Assembly: GCA_025356015.1 (NCBI GenBank)
Contig: JANXYO010000119.1
Coordinates: forward strand, 22,033 to 46,032
DNA from: Spirochaetaceae bacterium
GTDB taxonomy: Bacteria; Spirochaetota; Spirochaetia; Treponematales; Rectinemataceae
Reading direction: 5' to 3'
Length of the DNA stretch: 24,000 bases
Positions 22,699 to 24,000 of the stretch are shown here, one piece after another; the stretch's first letter is position 1, and every line of letters begins with the position of its first letter. A program made the translations under genes and the position numbers. The notes under the pieces are model-generated. The model saw only the letters and a list, made by a program, of their open reading frames with translations. It was not told the DNA's origin and did not search any database.

Positions 22699-23978
22699 AT
22701 GTACGGCATCATCCGGGCCTCGGGGCAAAGGGCAGCGTCGATCGCGCGGGCGGGCATCGGCAGGGTGCGGGGCTATGCCGCCCTCTTCCCGCCGCCGATC
22801 TGGTTCCTCGTCGCCGCGACGACCCTTGAGTCCACGGGACGCTTCATGGTGGTCCCCTACCTGAGCCTCTTCCTGCACGGCAAGGGTGTCGGCCTCGGCG
22901 TGCTCGGCCTGGTCCTCGCCTCAGCCCCGGTCGCCAGCGTGCTCTTCGGCGCGATAGGCGGGCAGCTCTCGGACCGATGGGGCAGGAAGCCCGTGTAGAT
23001 CCTCGGGGTCGCGTCGAGCGGAACCGCCCTCATCGGCTTCGCCTTCGCCGGATCCGACCCAGTCCTACTTGGCCTTCTCAACTTCCTCAATGGCATGACG
23101 CGCACCTTCTAGCGCCCCGCCACCAGCGACGCCATCTCGGATTTCTGCCCTGCCGAGCGCCGCTTCGAGGCCTTCGCCCTCAACAGGATCGCGATCAACG
23201 CGGCCTTCGGCTGGGGCCCCTCATCGGCGTCGCCCTCTTCGCCGCCGCGCCCCGAGCCGGCTTCCTCATCGCGGGCATGGTGAGCCTCTGCGTCGGTCTC
23301 TTCCTCGCATTCGTCGTCCCCGAAAGCCACGCTCCGGGGCGCCATGAACGCGCCCCGGGCAGGGCGAGGAGCCTCCGTGAAAGCCGGAGCGGCAGGTTCT
23401 GGACCGAGTGCAAGGAGGTCCTGTCGGACCGTGGATACTGGATCTGGAACATCGGGGGGATGTGCATATGGGGCGCCTACGACCTCATCCAATCCTTCCT
23501 CCCCCTCCATCTCGTGGCCCGGGGCGTCCCCCTCGTCGCCTACGGGATGCTGCTCACGACGAACGCCCTTGTCTGCGTCTTCGGCCAACTTCCCGTGAGC
23601 CGTTCGGTCCGCGTCTCGGAGATAGGGCCCATAGCCTTCTATTCCAAACTCGGCTACGCGGTCGGCTTCGTTGGCTTCGCCCTCCTTCGCTCTCCCTGGG
23701 CACTCGTCAAGGCGATGCTCGTGCTCTCATTTGGCGAGATCCTCGGCTCGGGGGTCCAGACCCGCTACATCCCCGAGCGGGCTCCCGCACGGCTCCTTGG
23801 CCGATACATGGGCCTCTCAACCGTAAACGAGCTAGGACGGGCCATCCTGGTCCCGGCTGCCGGCTTTGTCATGCAGGCCTACGGAGGCGAGCTCGTCTTC
23901 CTTGGCGCGGGCATACTTTCGCTCATCGGTGGCGGCCTCGCCTGGATGGGAGCGAGCCGAAAGCACCGAGGAAAATGA
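22699..23978 (+). pseudogene. MFS transporter, disrupted (two in-frame TAG codons and one frameshift)
   Basis: The reading frame from 22699 gives MFS motif A, ...GGQLSDRWGRKPV, then TAG at 22996-22998. The same frame continues sensibly (ILGVASSGTALIGFAFAG...NGMTRTF) to TAG at 23110-23112. It continues again (RPATSDAISDFCPAERRFEAFALNRIAINAAFGWGP) until the sense switches frame within ggggcccc (23213-23220). From there it reads LIGVALFAAAP... through an intact C-terminal half to TGA at 23976-23978. Confidence 0.75.
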
Positions 23979-24000
23979 GGTCGCGCCGGGACGTTGGCGG

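Noticed and set aside
22996-23112. Possibility that the two in-frame TAGs in the MFS gene reflect amber recoding (such as pyrrolysine or code reassignment)
   Set aside because: TAG is the terminator of 12 other well-supported genes in this window. The same gene also carries a frameshift, so pseudogenisation is the simpler explanation.
1-24000. Looked for CRISPR repeats, IS or transposase ends, integrases, toxin-antitoxin pairs, restriction-modification or other defence genes, and long direct or inverted repeats
   Set aside because: I noticed none. All sizeable ORFs are accounted for by housekeeping or accessory metabolic families, and intergenic regions are short (at most 245 nt). This was a by-eye scan, so short or diverged repeats could have been missed.

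Overview
GC-rich, densely coding bacterial chromosomal segment. It holds 26 apparently intact CDS, one CDS truncated by the left edge, and one decayed transporter gene at the right edge. I saw no rRNA, tRNA, CRISPR array, transposase, integrase, or recognisable phage or defence gene.

Gene content, left to right:
- MCP C-terminal tail.
- A secreted M16 peptidase pair (HxxEH-active subunit plus inactive lipoprotein partner), co-transcribed with a single-Cys thioredoxin-fold protein.
- P5C dehydrogenase.
- FecR-domain protein.
- A tightly coupled four-gene operon: short YjjI-type glycyl-radical enzyme, its radical-SAM activase, a flavodoxin-like protein, and YaeQ.
- A tungsten-type aldehyde:ferredoxin oxidoreductase with a four-motif polyferredoxin.
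- Cache-HAMP-HisKA_2 sensor kinase.
- Orphan ThiS/MoaD-like sulfur carrier.
- OsmC-family protein.
- MotA/MotB stator.
- A tatA-tatC-tatB-phosphoribosyltransferase-receiver gene string.
- PadR regulator.
- modB-modC-xdhC-like operon with no binding-protein gene.
- An MFS transporter pseudogene (two in-frame TAGs plus a frameshift).

Eight gene junctions are 4-nt ATGA/GTGA overlaps, which I used to fix start codons. Eight intergenic regions carry a similar TTGnnn-17/18-TAnAnT promoter-like pattern.

The gene set (glycyl-radical enzyme, W-type AOR, flavodoxin, polyferredoxin, Mot stator, MCP) suggests a motile anaerobe.

I did not find a clear-cut new defence or mobile system. The best candidates for under-described biology are:
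1. The YjjI/YjjW/flavodoxin/YaeQ module.
2. The scattered Mo/W-cofactor-themed gene set.
3. A palindromic operator candidate at the modB promoter that shares an 8-mer with the padR promoter.

All functional calls come from by-eye motif and family recognition on the supplied translations. No database or covariance-model search was run.
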